Shown: positions 17,744 through 27,791 of the stretch, piece after piece
How the letters are laid out: each line of letters begins with the position of its first letter
Numbering within the stretch: position 1 is the stretch's first letter
Virus record (IMG/VR): IMGVR_UViG_3300037042_001212
Coordinates: 1 to 64,000 of that record
Source of the DNA: a virus
Reading direction: 5' to 3' (one strand)
Length of the DNA stretch: 64,000 nt
The notes under the pieces: model-generated
Seen by the model: the letters and a program-made list of their open reading frames with translations, nothing else
Database searches by the model: none
What the model was told of the DNA's origin: nothing
Program-made: the position numbers and the translations under genes

Positions 17744-19722
17744 GTCAGCCGTTTGAAGACCTGATCGTTTTGGACTTTGAGACTGCGTGGGACAAGAAGG
17801 AATACACGCTGTCGAAGCTGTCTACCGAAGCGTATATCAGAGACAAGCGCTTCAAGGCGTGGGGGTTGAGCTGGAAGTATTACGGGGAGGGGGTGGCTCA
17901 GTGGGTGAGCCACCGGGACATCCCTGCGTTCTTTCAGAGCATCGACTGGTCGAAGACTGGGGCGCTGGCGCACAACGCACAGTTCGACATCGCCATCATG
18001 TCGTGGGTCTACGGGCACATCCCGTGCTTCATTGTGGACTCGCTGAGCATGGCCCGGGCGCTACGCGGGGTGGAGGTGGGCAACAGCCTGCGCCGCCTCG
18101 CTGAGCAGTTTGGTCTACCCCCCAAGGGTGACGCTATCCACAGCACGGACGGCATACTGGACACGCTGCCGCTGCACGTTGAGCGAGAGCTGGCGGAGTA
18201 CTGTAACCACGACGTGTTTCTGTGCGAGGGGGTCTTCGATAACCTGCTCCCCGGGTACCCCGCCAGTGAGCTGCGTCTGATCGACCTGACCCTGCGCATG
18301 TTCGTGGACCCGGTGTTGAAGCTGGACCCGCACATGCTGACAGTGGCGATCGAGGAGGAGCGCGTCAAGCGGGAGGGGCTGCTCAACCGTCTGGGCGTGG
18401 TAGACAAGGACTTGGCCAGCAACGACAAGTTCGCCACGCTGCTGCGCTCCCTCGGCGTCGAGCCGCCCCTGAAGAAAAAGAAGCCGACGCCCAAGACCCC
18501 GAACCCGGAGGGCATGATCTTCGCGTTCGCCAAGAACGACGCCATGTTCCAAGCGCTGACCAACAGCGACAACGAGGACATCGCGCTGCTCTGCGAGGCA
18601 CGGCTGGCTGTCAAGAGTACGTTGGAGAGAACGCGGGCGCAGCGGTTCTTGGATATTTCTCAGCGAGGCACGCTCCCCGTACCGCTGAACTACTACGGGG
18701 CACACACTGGACGGTGGGCTGCGTCTCGTGGGTCGGGTTTAAATATGCAGAACCTGAAGCGGGGGTCGTTCCTCCGCCGCTCCATCATGGCCCCTCCGGG
18801 CCACCTGATCGTTGTGGCTGACCTCTCCCAGATCGAGCCCCGCGTGCTGGCGTGGCTGGCTGGATATCGAGACTTGCTGCAGATTTTTGCTTCAGGACAG
18901 GATGCCTACGCGGCGTTCGGTGCCAAGATGTTCGGCATACCCGGCATGACCAAGACGACGCACCCCGACCTGCGGCAGTCCGCCAAGTCCGCGCTGCTGG
19001 GCGCAGGGTTTGGGTTGGGGTGGGCGTCCTTCGCTGCCCAGCTGCTCACCGGCTTCCTCGGTGCACCGCCCACGCGCTACGACAGGGCGTTTGCAAAACA
19101 GCTTGGGGTAACCGGCGGTATGGTCAAGGACTTCATAGCCTATGAGCCCAACATGATCAAGGCGCTGGAGATTCCCCGACTGTGCACTGATGAAGAGATT
19201 GTTGTGCACAGCGTTGCAGCCAAGAGGATCATCGACGTGTATCGCGACGAGGCGAAGCCGGTGGGGGACTTCTGGGGTTTGTGCGATGACGTTCTGGTGA
19301 GATCGCTAGTGGGTGGGCGCGAGTACAAGCACAAGTGCCTGACCTTCCAGAAGGAGGCGATCCTGTTGCCAAACGGTTTACATCTGCGGTATCCTGATCT
19401 CACAGGAAAACCCGACGAAAAAGGCCGGGTGCAGTGGACTTACGGCGACAAGCACAAGAAGCTTTATGGAGGGAAGCTTACCGAAAATGTCGTGCAAGCT
19501 GTTGCTCGCTGCGTTATGACGGACGGCATGCTGCGGATACAGAAACGGTATCCCTGTGTTTTAACCGTGCACGATGAAGCTGTGGTGCTGGTGCCAGAGA
19601 ACGAAGCAGTTGAAGCAGAGAAGTGGGTGTTGGAACAGATGATCAAGGAGCCGAAGTATCTCCCGGGTATTCCACTAGACGCAGAGACAGGAGTGGGAGA
19701 ACGCTACGGTGACGCTAAATAA
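17740..19722 (+). CDS. polA: Family A DNA polymerase with 3'-5' exonuclease
   Basis: DFET, HNAQFD, YCNHD exonuclease motifs; HTGRW, NMQN, DLSQIEPR (A), RQSAKSALLGAGFG (B), VHDE (C). Confidence 0.95.
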   Translation: MSQPFEDLIVLDFETAWDKKEYTLSKLSTEAYIRDKRFKAWGLSWKYYGEGVAQWVSHRDIPAFFQSIDWSKTGALAHNAQFDIAIMSWVYGHIPCFIVDSLSMARALRGVEVGNSLRRLAEQFGLPPKGDAIHSTDGILDTLPLHVERELAEYCNHDVFLCEGVFDNLLPGYPASELRLIDLTLRMFVDPVLKLDPHMLTVAIEEERVKREGLLNRLGVVDKDLASNDKFATLLRSLGVEPPLKKKKPTPKTPNPEGMIFAFAKNDAMFQALTNSDNEDIALLCEARLAVKSTLERTRAQRFLDISQRGTLPVPLNYYGAHTGRWAASRGSGLNMQNLKRGSFLRRSIMAPPGHLIVVADLSQIEPRVLAWLAGYRDLLQIFASGQDAYAAFGAKMFGIPGMTKTTHPDLRQSAKSALLGAGFGLGWASFAAQLLTGFLGAPPTRYDRAFAKQLGVTGGMVKDFIAYEPNMIKALEIPRLCTDEEIVVHSVAAKRIIDVYRDEAKPVGDFWGLCDDVLVRSLVGGREYKHKCLTFQKEAILLPNGLHLRYPDLTGKPDEKGRVQWTYGDKHKKLYGGKLTENVVQAVARCVMTDGMLRIQKRYPCVLTVHDEAVVLVPENEAVEAEKWVLEQMIKEPKYLPGIPLDAETGVGERYGDAK

Positions 19723-19728
19723 CGAAAG

Positions 19729-20190
19729 GTGAATATGAAGACTTTGCAAATTGGTAGCCGCGACTACCAGATACATGTTGTTAATTACATACGCGGTGCT
19801 CTGGGTCAGATTTACTACAAAGCAGGAGTGATCGAGTTGGCGGAGCGTTGTGCTGTGAGCGGGTATAAATACTCAAAGCACGAACGCACGGTAGCGTTCT
19901 GGCACGAGGTAGTTCACGGCATCTTGGAAGATATGAAGAGCCTTGCCGCGTACGACGAGCGCTTCGTTACCAAGTTTTCTAGAGTCTTAACCGAAGTTCT
20001 TAAACAGGCGTATCCCAATGAACGTAACATGGTCACACAGCTCCTTAAAGGAGTTCGAGCAGTGCGCAAGAAAGTACCACGAGACAAAGGTGCTGAAGAA
20101 CTACCCGTTCGTAAAAAGCAAGGAAGCAGCATACGGCGACCTCGCACACAAAGCCGCCGAGATGTACCTAAAAGGAAACCCGCTCGATAA
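19729..20190 (+). CDS. Small HExxH zincin-like protein
   Basis: FWHEVVHGIL...DERFV; C-terminus overlaps the next gene. Confidence 0.6.
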   Translation: MNMKTLQIGSRDYQIHVVNYIRGALGQIYYKAGVIELAERCAVSGYKYSKHERTVAFWHEVVHGILEDMKSLAAYDERFVTKFSRVLTEVLKQAYPNERNMVTQLLKGVRAVRKKVPRDKGAEELPVRKKQGSSIRRPRTQSRRDVPKRKPAR

Positions 20191-20677
20191 GGAGTTCGAG
20201 TTCATGCAGCCGGTGCTCGACGCACTGATCGCCAAGTCCGGTTCCAAGCATGCGGAGCTGAAGCTGGCAGCGACCAAGGACTTCGAGCCATGCAGCTGGT
20301 TCTCTAAAGAGACATGGGTGCGGGGCATCATCGACCTGTTGATTTTGGATGAAGAGAACAAAGTGGCGTGGGTTGTGGACTACAAGACCGGCAGCGACAA
20401 GTACCCAGATCGGGATCAGCTGGAGTTGATGGCGTTGCTGACGTTCGCGCACTACCCGCAGGTAGAGAAGGTCAACGCTGCGCTGCTGTTCGTTGTCAAG
20501 AACAGCATGACCAAGCACAAAGTGGACGCTGCGAGCACAGACAAGATTCTGTGGAGCTACCGAGAGCGTGTTGCGCGAATCGAAGATGCTTATGAGGCAG
20601 GTGTGTGGAACCCCAAGCAATCGGGGCTCTGCCCGTGGTGCCCTGTCAAGACCTGTGAATTTCACCCTGACCATTAA
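20018..20677 (+). CDS. PD-(D/E)xK (RecB/Cas4-like) nuclease
   Basis: WSHSSL..FEQC, GIID, VDYKTG, QL, CPWC....C. Confidence 0.88.
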   Translation: MNVTWSHSSLKEFEQCARKYHETKVLKNYPFVKSKEAAYGDLAHKAAEMYLKGNPLDKEFEFMQPVLDALIAKSGSKHAELKLAATKDFEPCSWFSKETWVRGIIDLLILDEENKVAWVVDYKTGSDKYPDRDQLELMALLTFAHYPQVEKVNAALLFVVKNSMTKHKVDAASTDKILWSYRERVARIEDAYEAGVWNPKQSGLCPWCPVKTCEFHPDH

Positions 20678-20688
20678 AGGAGAACGGC

Positions 20689-20955
20689 ATGCCCTACGTG
20701 AACAAGAAGCGCCCCTACAAACGCGAGAACGAGCTTTACAAGAGCAAGCCCGAGCAGATCGAGAAGCGTGTGCAACGCAACGCCGCCCGCCGTGAACTCA
20801 TGCAGGAGGGTGTTGTAGAAAAGGGCGACGGTAAAGAAGTGGATCACATCAAGCCGCTGAGTGCTGGCGGCACTAACAAGCGCAGTAACCTGCGCGTCAA
20901 GACAGCGAAGGACAACCGATCGTATGCAAGAAAGGCTAATCACAAGCCTAAGTAG
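20689..20955 (+). CDS. Small HNH endonuclease
   Basis: GDGKEVDHIKPLSAGGTN..SNLRV.....NRS. Confidence 0.85.
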   Translation: MPYVNKKRPYKRENELYKSKPEQIEKRVQRNAARRELMQEGVVEKGDGKEVDHIKPLSAGGTNKRSNLRVKTAKDNRSYARKANHKPK

Positions 20956-21309
20956 TCGCGGGGTGTCGAAAGCTTTCGCATCGATAGACCGGTATTTCTT
21001 AGGCATCCGAGGAAGCGTTTGCGCCGCGCACCCGGATATTTTTAGCAAGTGGGGCGTAGACGAGTTGGAGACACTGTGGCGAGCTAAGTTTGGCTATGTC
21101 TGCAGACTGCATTTACCGGAATCCGTAGTAGCGGACTTCGGCCACTATGGGTCGGATGGACACGCAAGAGTGGCGCATACAGTTGAAGAGTTGTTTTGGT
21201 TGGCCGTGTCACTCCGCCTGTTCTTCGAGAAAAAACTGACACGAAGGGACACGCACGAGATGGCTGGAGCGTGTGTACAAATAGCATTTACAATAAACGA
21301 AGGGTAGAA

Positions 21310-22887
21310 ATGGAGATTGTTGAAAACAAAGCGCTTGTACTCCGCACACGCAACCCCTCCAAGTTCGACATCATCCCGCGCAGCAAGCACATTGGGGAGA
21401 TCGGTAACGGCGTGCATGAGGTGGCCGTCTATTGGGGCTTGGATGAGGCGCGTGTACTGAAGAACTTGGGCGTGCGCGATGTGCCATCGCCCATCCTGCG
21501 CAAGTACAACTGGCCGGGGAAGTACAAGCCGTTCGAGCACCAGATAGAGACAGCATCGTTCTTAACGCTACACCGCCGCGCTTTCTGCTTCAGTGAGCCC
21601 GGCACCGGTAAGACGCTTTCAGCACTGTGGGCGGCGGACTACCTGATGTCCGTTGGTGCGGTGCGGCGCTGCCTCGTCATCTGCCCGTTGTCGATCATGC
21701 AGTCCGCGTGGTTGGGCGACATATCCAAGAGCGTTGTGCACCGCACCGCTGCCGTGGCGTATCACACCCAAGCAAGTCGGCGTATCGAGGTGGTGCAGAA
21801 CGATTACGAGTTTGTGATCTGCAACTTTGACGGGCTGGCTATTCTGGCGAACACGATTTTGGAAGACGGTCGCTTCGACCTGATCATCGGAGACGAGGCC
21901 AACGCTTGGAAAAACGCCAGCACGGATCGCTGGAAGTACCTGAATAAGCTGCTGAAGCCTGAGACAACCCTCTGGCTGATGACAGGCACTCCGGCTGCGC
22001 AGTCCCCGCTAGATGCGTATGGGCTGGCTAAGCTGGTCAACCCTACGTCGGTGCCCAAGTTCGCTACGGCGTGGCGTGATCGAGTCATGCTCCAGCTCAG
22101 CAAGTTCAAATGGATACCAAAAGAAGATGCCGACACCACTGTGCACACAGCGCTTCAACCCGCAATACGCTTTACCAAAGCACAGTGCTTGGACCTACCA
22201 CCAGTTGTTACGGTGACGCGTGAAGTCCCCCTTACGGCACAACAGCTAAAGTGCTACCGCAACTTGCGCGACTTGATGATGATTCGGGCAGCGGGTGAGA
22301 CCGTCACCGCAATCAACGCTGCGGCGATGGTGAACAAGCTCCTGCAGATATCTGCGGGTGCCGCCTACACCGACGCCAACGAAGTCATCGAGTTCGACTG
22401 CAAGCCTCGGCTGAACGTGTTGCTGGAGGTACTGGCAGAGACACCCCGCAAGGTGCTGGTGTTCGCGCCCTACCGTCACAGCATCGACACGATCAGCGAC
22501 TTCCTGACCAAAGAGAAAGTGCCCTTCGCCAAGATACATGGAGACGTTAGCGCAAGCGCCCGGAGCCGGATATTCGAGCAGTTTCAGACCACCCCGGAGC
22601 CCCGCGTGTTGGTGATACAACCCCAAGCGGCATCGCACGGGGTGACGTTGACGGCGGCGGACACCGTAGTGTTCTGGGGGCCGGTGATGTCTGTTGAGAC
22701 CTACATCCAGTGCTGTGCTCGATCAGACCGGCAGGGGCAAGACTCAGACAAGGTTACTGTGGTGCACATTCAAGGGAGTGATATAGAACGGCGTATGTTT
22801 AAGAGACTAATGGGCCGGGTATTGGATCACGGCGAGATGGTTAAACTTTACGAAGAGGAGCTTGCAGACCCAGAAGTAGGTGTGTAA
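21310..22887 (+). CDS. SNF2-family helicase
   Basis: PFEHQ, PGTGKT, DEAN, TGTP, HGVTL, QCCARSDRQGQ; probable start MEIVENK at 21310. Confidence 0.9.
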   Translation: MEIVENKALVLRTRNPSKFDIIPRSKHIGEIGNGVHEVAVYWGLDEARVLKNLGVRDVPSPILRKYNWPGKYKPFEHQIETASFLTLHRRAFCFSEPGTGKTLSALWAADYLMSVGAVRRCLVICPLSIMQSAWLGDISKSVVHRTAAVAYHTQASRRIEVVQNDYEFVICNFDGLAILANTILEDGRFDLIIGDEANAWKNASTDRWKYLNKLLKPETTLWLMTGTPAAQSPLDAYGLAKLVNPTSVPKFATAWRDRVMLQLSKFKWIPKEDADTTVHTALQPAIRFTKAQCLDLPPVVTVTREVPLTAQQLKCYRNLRDLMMIRAAGETVTAINAAAMVNKLLQISAGAAYTDANEVIEFDCKPRLNVLLEVLAETPRKVLVFAPYRHSIDTISDFLTKEKVPFAKIHGDVSASARSRIFEQFQTTPEPRVLVIQPQAASHGVTLTAADTVVFWGPVMSVETYIQCCARSDRQGQDSDKVTVVHIQGSDIERRMFKRLMGRVLDHGEMVKLYEEELADPEVGV

Positions 22888-22927
22888 AATGTTTGACGTA
22901 GCATAAAAAACCAAGGAGATCACAACG

Positions 22928-23329
22928 ATGGAAGAGCAATCGATACCAATGGATAAACTCGCCAAAGTTTATCTGAAGATTCGCACCGAGATTCAAATGC
23001 GCACCAAGGCGTTCGAGGAAGAAATCAGCGTTCTTGAAGAGCAGAAGAAGGAAGTGTCCGACGCTATGCGGGAGCAGATGAAGGCTATCGGTTCCAAGTC
23101 TGTGCGCACGGACTTCGGCACAGTGGTCATGAAAGTGAAGACTGTGTTCGGCATGCAGGACTGGGACGGCTTCAAGCATTTCATTGTGGAACACAACGCA
23201 CTGGACTTGCTGCAGCGGCGCATAGCGCAAAAGAACATGGAGGCGTTTCTGGAGAGCACTCCCGACGTGCAGGTGCCGGGACTGACCTCCAACTCCGAGT
23301 ATGAAATCACTGTTACTAAACCGAAATAA
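22928..23329 (+). CDS. Conserved replication-module protein
   Basis: AAGGAG RBS; coiled coil followed by SVRTDFGTV...DWD.F..FI. Confidence 0.75.
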   Translation: MEEQSIPMDKLAKVYLKIRTEIQMRTKAFEEEISVLEEQKKEVSDAMREQMKAIGSKSVRTDFGTVVMKVKTVFGMQDWDGFKHFIVEHNALDLLQRRIAQKNMEAFLESTPDVQVPGLTSNSEYEITVTKPK

Positions 23330-23338
23330 GAGGACATC

Positions 23339-24379
23339 ATGGGAACCAACGTAGCAGCATTCAACGCAGCAAAACTCCCCTCGTTTGCCAAGAAGCGCAG
23401 CGGCCCCCCTTCGGCGCTGACCAAGGCTCTTGCTGGCAGCGGTGGTGGTGGATACCCCCGTAAGATTTCGATCAAGGGCGGCGTGTTCCGCTTGGTCGCG
23501 GACGGCAAGGAAGTGGCGGCGATCGAGGAGCGCTACCTCGACGTGGTGCTGGTCAACGCTGCGCCGACCGTTTCGCGGGCGTACTACGACAAGAAGTTCA
23601 AAGACTCCGAAAGCTCCGCGCCGGTGTGCTGGTCGGACAACGGTGATGCGCCTGACACCACGGTGCCGAGCCCCCAAGCTGCGCAGTGCGCCAAGTGCCC
23701 GATGAACATTAAGGGCTCGGGCGAGGGTGACACTCGTGCGTGCCGCTTCAACCAGCGTATTGCGGTAGTGCTGGCTAACGACATGCAGGGCGAGATCATG
23801 CAGATGACGGTGCCCGCCAAGTCGCTGTTCGGCAAGGAAGACAACGGCAACTTCCCGCTTCAGGCGTATGCACGGTGGCTGTCGGCACAGGGCATCGAGC
23901 CGAACGAAGTCATCACGCGCATGAAGTTCGACACCAAGGAAGAATCGCCCAAGCTGTTCTTCAAGACCATGCGCTGGTTGGAGGACGAAGAGTTTGAGAT
24001 GGTGGACGTGCAGTGTAAAGCTGAGAACGCCACCAAGGCTATCGAGACTCCGACGTACGGTAATTCGGGCACCAAGCAGTTGGCTGCTCCCAAGGCCAAG
24101 GCCAAGGCCGAGGACGACGAAGAGGAGTTCGAGACCAAGAAGAAGGCTCCGGCACCCACGGACGACGAGGACGCGCCGCCTCCGGTGCAGAAAAAGAAAG
24201 CCGCTCCTTCTGATGACGAGGACGCGCCGCCCCCGCCCGCAGCCAAGAAAAAGAAAGAGGCTGAGCCCGAAGACGAAGACGCTCCCGAGCCGACCAAGAA
24301 GAAGTCGGCGGCTGCACCGGCACCGACGGGGCGCAAGGCTCTGGGTGCTCTGGTCTCCGACTGGGATACCGACGACTAA
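23339..24379 (+). CDS. Probable SSB/annealing protein with charged, disordered tail
   Basis: ISIKGG.F, P.CWS, CAKCP...GS...RAC; acidic/basic repeats; ends WDTDD. Confidence 0.7.
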   Translation: MGTNVAAFNAAKLPSFAKKRSGPPSALTKALAGSGGGGYPRKISIKGGVFRLVADGKEVAAIEERYLDVVLVNAAPTVSRAYYDKKFKDSESSAPVCWSDNGDAPDTTVPSPQAAQCAKCPMNIKGSGEGDTRACRFNQRIAVVLANDMQGEIMQMTVPAKSLFGKEDNGNFPLQAYARWLSAQGIEPNEVITRMKFDTKEESPKLFFKTMRWLEDEEFEMVDVQCKAENATKAIETPTYGNSGTKQLAAPKAKAKAEDDEEEFETKKKAPAPTDDEDAPPPVQKKKAAPSDDEDAPPPPAAKKKKEAEPEDEDAPEPTKKKSAAAPAPTGRKALGALVSDWDTDD

Positions 24380-24391
24380 TCAACTAAAGGG

Positions 24392-24409
24392 CGGGGGCTT
24401 CGGCCCCCG
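24392..24409 (+). other. C(UUCG)G hairpin after the SSB gene
   Basis: cgggggc ttcg gcccccg; no U-tract. Confidence 0.55.
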
Positions 24410-24416
24410 TACACTT

Positions 24417-24695
24417 ATGCCTTACGCACCTAAGCTTTCAAAAGACATCCGCCGCGCCCCTGTTTCATTGGGGAATACGCTTGGCCTACAGGCACTTAGG
24501 CTTGACCTCTCCGTCATACGTATCTCCAAGTCAACCGGCGCTACGCGACAAACTATTTACAATTGGTTCGTCGGTGGTAAAGTAGCGCCCTTCTACCGGG
24601 AACGTGTATCAGCGCTCGTTGATATCATGTCCAAATCCAAGACTGCTGAACACGCATGGAGGACCGCATGCTCTCGTTTCAACCTACGCACATGA
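24417..24695 (+). CDS. HTH DNA-binding protein
   Basis: ISKSTGATRQTIYNWFVG; start MPYAPK. Confidence 0.75.
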   Translation: MPYAPKLSKDIRRAPVSLGNTLGLQALRLDLSVIRISKSTGATRQTIYNWFVGGKVAPFYRERVSALVDIMSKSKTAEHAWRTACSRFNLRT

Positions 24696-24856
24696 TGACC
24701 AGTGAGCTTCTCCGTAGCGTACACATGTCCGCTGATAAGGTGTCTGAAGCAACAGTCACCGATCTGCGGCTTCGCTTGGAAGAGGTCGCAGACATTGTTA
24801 CTTCGCGCACGGACCCGGATACCAAGATAATCCAACTCCGCCGACTGATGGCCTAA
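24692..24856 (+). CDS. Hypothetical protein
   Basis: ATGA-coupled small ORF. Confidence 0.45.
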   Translation: MMTSELLRSVHMSADKVSEATVTDLRLRLEEVADIVTSRTDPDTKIIQLRRLMA

Positions 24857-24869
24857 CACTCGGGGTAAC

Positions 24870-27791
24870 ATGAAACCGCTTGAATTTGTAGCGGCTGTCG
24901 TGCCGTCAGCGGGTGTTTTATGCGTGGCGGAGTTCAGCTCAAAAAAGAAACAACATGTATTCGCGGAAGACGTCGAAGGTCTCGCCCCCGCGATCAAGCA
25001 ATTTACCGATGAGAAAAAGGATGTGTACTTCGCGCTGGCCAGCTTTGTCGAGAGCGGCAAGCGCACCGCTGGTAACGCCCTGTTCATGCGCTCTGCGTTC
25101 ATGGACATCGATTGCGGAGAGGGCAAGGCGTATCCCAACAAGAGCACGGCAGGGACTGCGCTGTATGACTTTCTGCAGAATACAGCACTAGGAACGCTGG
25201 GCAACCCGTGGGTAGTCTCTTCGGGCGGGGGCATTCACGTCTACTGGCCGTTCACGGAGAACGTGCCGATCATTGAGTGGCGCGTGGCTGCGGAGAACCT
25301 GAAGCGGCTGTGCAAAGAGAACGACCTGCACATCGATTTCACAGTTACAGCCGATGCAGCGCGGGTGCTGCGTGTTCCGGAAACGATCAACTGGAAATAC
25401 AAGGACAAGCCCCGCAAGGTCAAGGTGCTGGAACACGGTGCCAAGTTCACGTTCGCGGAGTTCTGCGTGGTAGTGCAGCCGGTCAACGGGGTGGCGCATC
25501 CAGTGAGCCGCCCCCCCACGCTGGCATCGATCCCCGGCAAACGCCCTACCCGCAATCGGGAGAACGCGACCCAGATTAAGATCATAGAGAACAGCGTCAC
25601 CAAGTTCCGCAACATCATCACGCGCACCGAGCAGGGCACGGGCTGCAAGCAGTTGGCCTACTATGCCGAGAACGCCCAGAAGGATGGCATGGAGCCGCTG
25701 TGGCGGGGGCTGCTGTCGTTGGCCAAGTCGTGCGAGGATGGGGAGAAGGCTGCACGCATTCTCTCAAAGATGCACCCGTATGATGAAGACCGGATGCACC
25801 AGAAGCTGCGCGAGATCAAGGGCCCTTACTCGTGCATCAAGCTCGACAGCGAGAACCCGGGCGTCTGCACGGGGTGCCCGCACTTTGGGAAGATCACCAA
25901 CCCGCTCATGCTGGGCCGGGAGCTGGCGACCGACAACGCCCCCAAGGAAGTTGTTATCGAGCAGCATAGTGACTCGGTATCCAAGTCCCCAGACCAGATC
26001 AGGGTGACGCGTGCCAAGCCCCCACGCGGCTTCTCCTATGGGAAGAACGGTGGCGTATACCGTGAGGCGGAGGTGCAGGACGAAGAGGGCAGCACGATTA
26101 AGAAACAGGTTCTGGTATTGCCCTATGACCTGTTTGCCGTCGATCTCCTGAACGTGCAGGGGGAGCACATGGTGCACATGCTGGCCACGCGGCCCGATGG
26201 TGCAGTCAACATCACCCTGCCGCAGAAGGCTGTGGTGAGCAAGGACGATACGGTCAAAGCGCTGGCTTCCCAGAACATCATCGCGGCTTACGGCTCGGGC
26301 AACGACAAGAACCTGTTCGACTACGTTAGGGGTTGTGTAGAAGATATTTCTACAAACAAGCATGCGATAGCCGTGCCCAGCAGCTACGGCTGGCAACCGG
26401 ATGGTGGCTTCGTTGCGGGGGGCAAGGTCTTCCTGCTCGACGGCACTGTGCGGCAGATACCGATGCCGGGGCTGGAGAACCTGACGCATGCCTGCCGTAG
26501 CCGGGGGGACTTGGAGGCGTGGCGCAAGTACGTCAACATCTTCGTGTCACGCAAGCTGTGGGACATTCTGGCGATCGGGGCCGGGGTTGGCTTCGGCTCT
26601 CCCTTGATGGAGTTCTCCGGGCTTGATGGGCTGACCTTCCACGCGGGCTCCACGCAGTCGGGCACCGGCAAGACCCAGATACTGCAGATGGCCGCATCGA
26701 TCTGGGGGCACCCGAGAGACTACTGCGTCAACAAGAGCACGTCAGCTGTTGCGATGCAGCAACGGGCCGGGCTGCTGCGCAACCTCCCGCTGATCAGCGA
26801 CGAGATCACCAGCAAGAACCGGCGCGACATGGAGTGGTTTCCAGAGTTTGTTTTTGAGATAGCAGAGGGCCGCGCCAAGGAGCGCATGGAGTCCGGGGCG
26901 AACAAGGAACGCCTGAACACTTCAGTCTGGGCGCTGCTGGCGATCGTCTCGTCCAACACTCACGTCATGGACTACATGACCGGGGGGCGCAAGCACTCCT
27001 CCGAGGGGGAGATTCGCCGGATGCTGGAGTGGACCACCACGGAGTCGCTGACGTGGGACATCCACGAGGTCGAGGTGATCAAGTCGCTGCGCCAGAACTA
27101 CGGCCACGCGGGAGACATCTACGGCAAGTGGCTCGCGCTCAACCGCGCCACGGCGATGTCGGTCTACCAGCAGGTCTATGCCAAGATTCGCGACGAGTTT
27201 CAGATGTCGAACGACGAGCGCTACTGGCACGCTGCCGTTGCCGCTTGTCTGGCGGGGTGCATCCTTGCCGGATCGCAGTATTCAGGCGTGGTGGACATGC
27301 CGATCCAGCCTTTGATCGACAGCATGAAGCGTCTGGTGGAGAAGGCCCGGGGCACGGTTCGGGCCAACGTGCGCAGCGCAGAGGATGTGCTGAACGCCTA
27401 CATCCGGGAGCACTACGGCAAGTTCATCAGCGTGCGCGTGACCAACGACGGCACGATCGAGGCGACCTACGCCAACTCCCAGATCACTGACGAGTCCCTT
27501 ACCCGGACACAGGTGTTTGGGCGTGTAGAGCGCCACATCACCCCCGGTTTCGTAAACTTCTTTATAGAAGAGGCACTACTGAAGAACTACTGCTCCAGTA
27601 TGAGCTTCGGCTACGCCGATCTGCGGCGCGACTTGGAGAAGCTATACCGGGTTGACTACGTGAAGAAGGACATGTTGGCCAAGACCAAGGGCCCTCAGAT
27701 GCGCGTCAACGCGCTGAAGATCAGCCGTCCCGAGTCCGACGTGTTTGAGATGAACATCGATGCGCCTCAAAGTCCACTACCCGTGGCCTAG
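24870..27791 (+). CDS. AEP/RepB-type primase fused to DUF927 and a P-loop helicase
   Basis: FMDIDC, SSGGGIHVYW, RVLRVP; Cys cluster; YGWQ; SGTGKT; ISDE. Confidence 0.88.
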   Translation: MKPLEFVAAVVPSAGVLCVAEFSSKKKQHVFAEDVEGLAPAIKQFTDEKKDVYFALASFVESGKRTAGNALFMRSAFMDIDCGEGKAYPNKSTAGTALYDFLQNTALGTLGNPWVVSSGGGIHVYWPFTENVPIIEWRVAAENLKRLCKENDLHIDFTVTADAARVLRVPETINWKYKDKPRKVKVLEHGAKFTFAEFCVVVQPVNGVAHPVSRPPTLASIPGKRPTRNRENATQIKIIENSVTKFRNIITRTEQGTGCKQLAYYAENAQKDGMEPLWRGLLSLAKSCEDGEKAARILSKMHPYDEDRMHQKLREIKGPYSCIKLDSENPGVCTGCPHFGKITNPLMLGRELATDNAPKEVVIEQHSDSVSKSPDQIRVTRAKPPRGFSYGKNGGVYREAEVQDEEGSTIKKQVLVLPYDLFAVDLLNVQGEHMVHMLATRPDGAVNITLPQKAVVSKDDTVKALASQNIIAAYGSGNDKNLFDYVRGCVEDISTNKHAIAVPSSYGWQPDGGFVAGGKVFLLDGTVRQIPMPGLENLTHACRSRGDLEAWRKYVNIFVSRKLWDILAIGAGVGFGSPLMEFSGLDGLTFHAGSTQSGTGKTQILQMAASIWGHPRDYCVNKSTSAVAMQQRAGLLRNLPLISDEITSKNRRDMEWFPEFVFEIAEGRAKERMESGANKERLNTSVWALLAIVSSNTHVMDYMTGGRKHSSEGEIRRMLEWTTTESLTWDIHEVEVIKSLRQNYGHAGDIYGKWLALNRATAMSVYQQVYAKIRDEFQMSNDERYWHAAVAACLAGCILAGSQYSGVVDMPIQPLIDSMKRLVEKARGTVRANVRSAEDVLNAYIREHYGKFISVRVTNDGTIEATYANSQITDESLTRTQVFGRVERHITPGFVNFFIEEALLKNYCSSMSFGYADLRRDLEKLYRVDYVKKDMLAKTKGPQMRVNALKISRPESDVFEMNIDAPQSPLPVA

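Noticed and set aside
20861-21307. 148-aa ORF between the HNH and SNF2 genes
   Set aside because: Possibly real from a GTG near 20963, but no motif or clear RBS, so not listed as a feature
23994-24416. Arg/Pro-rich N-terminal extension of the HTH ORF
   Set aside because: Alternative frame of the SSB tail; likely start is ATG 24417
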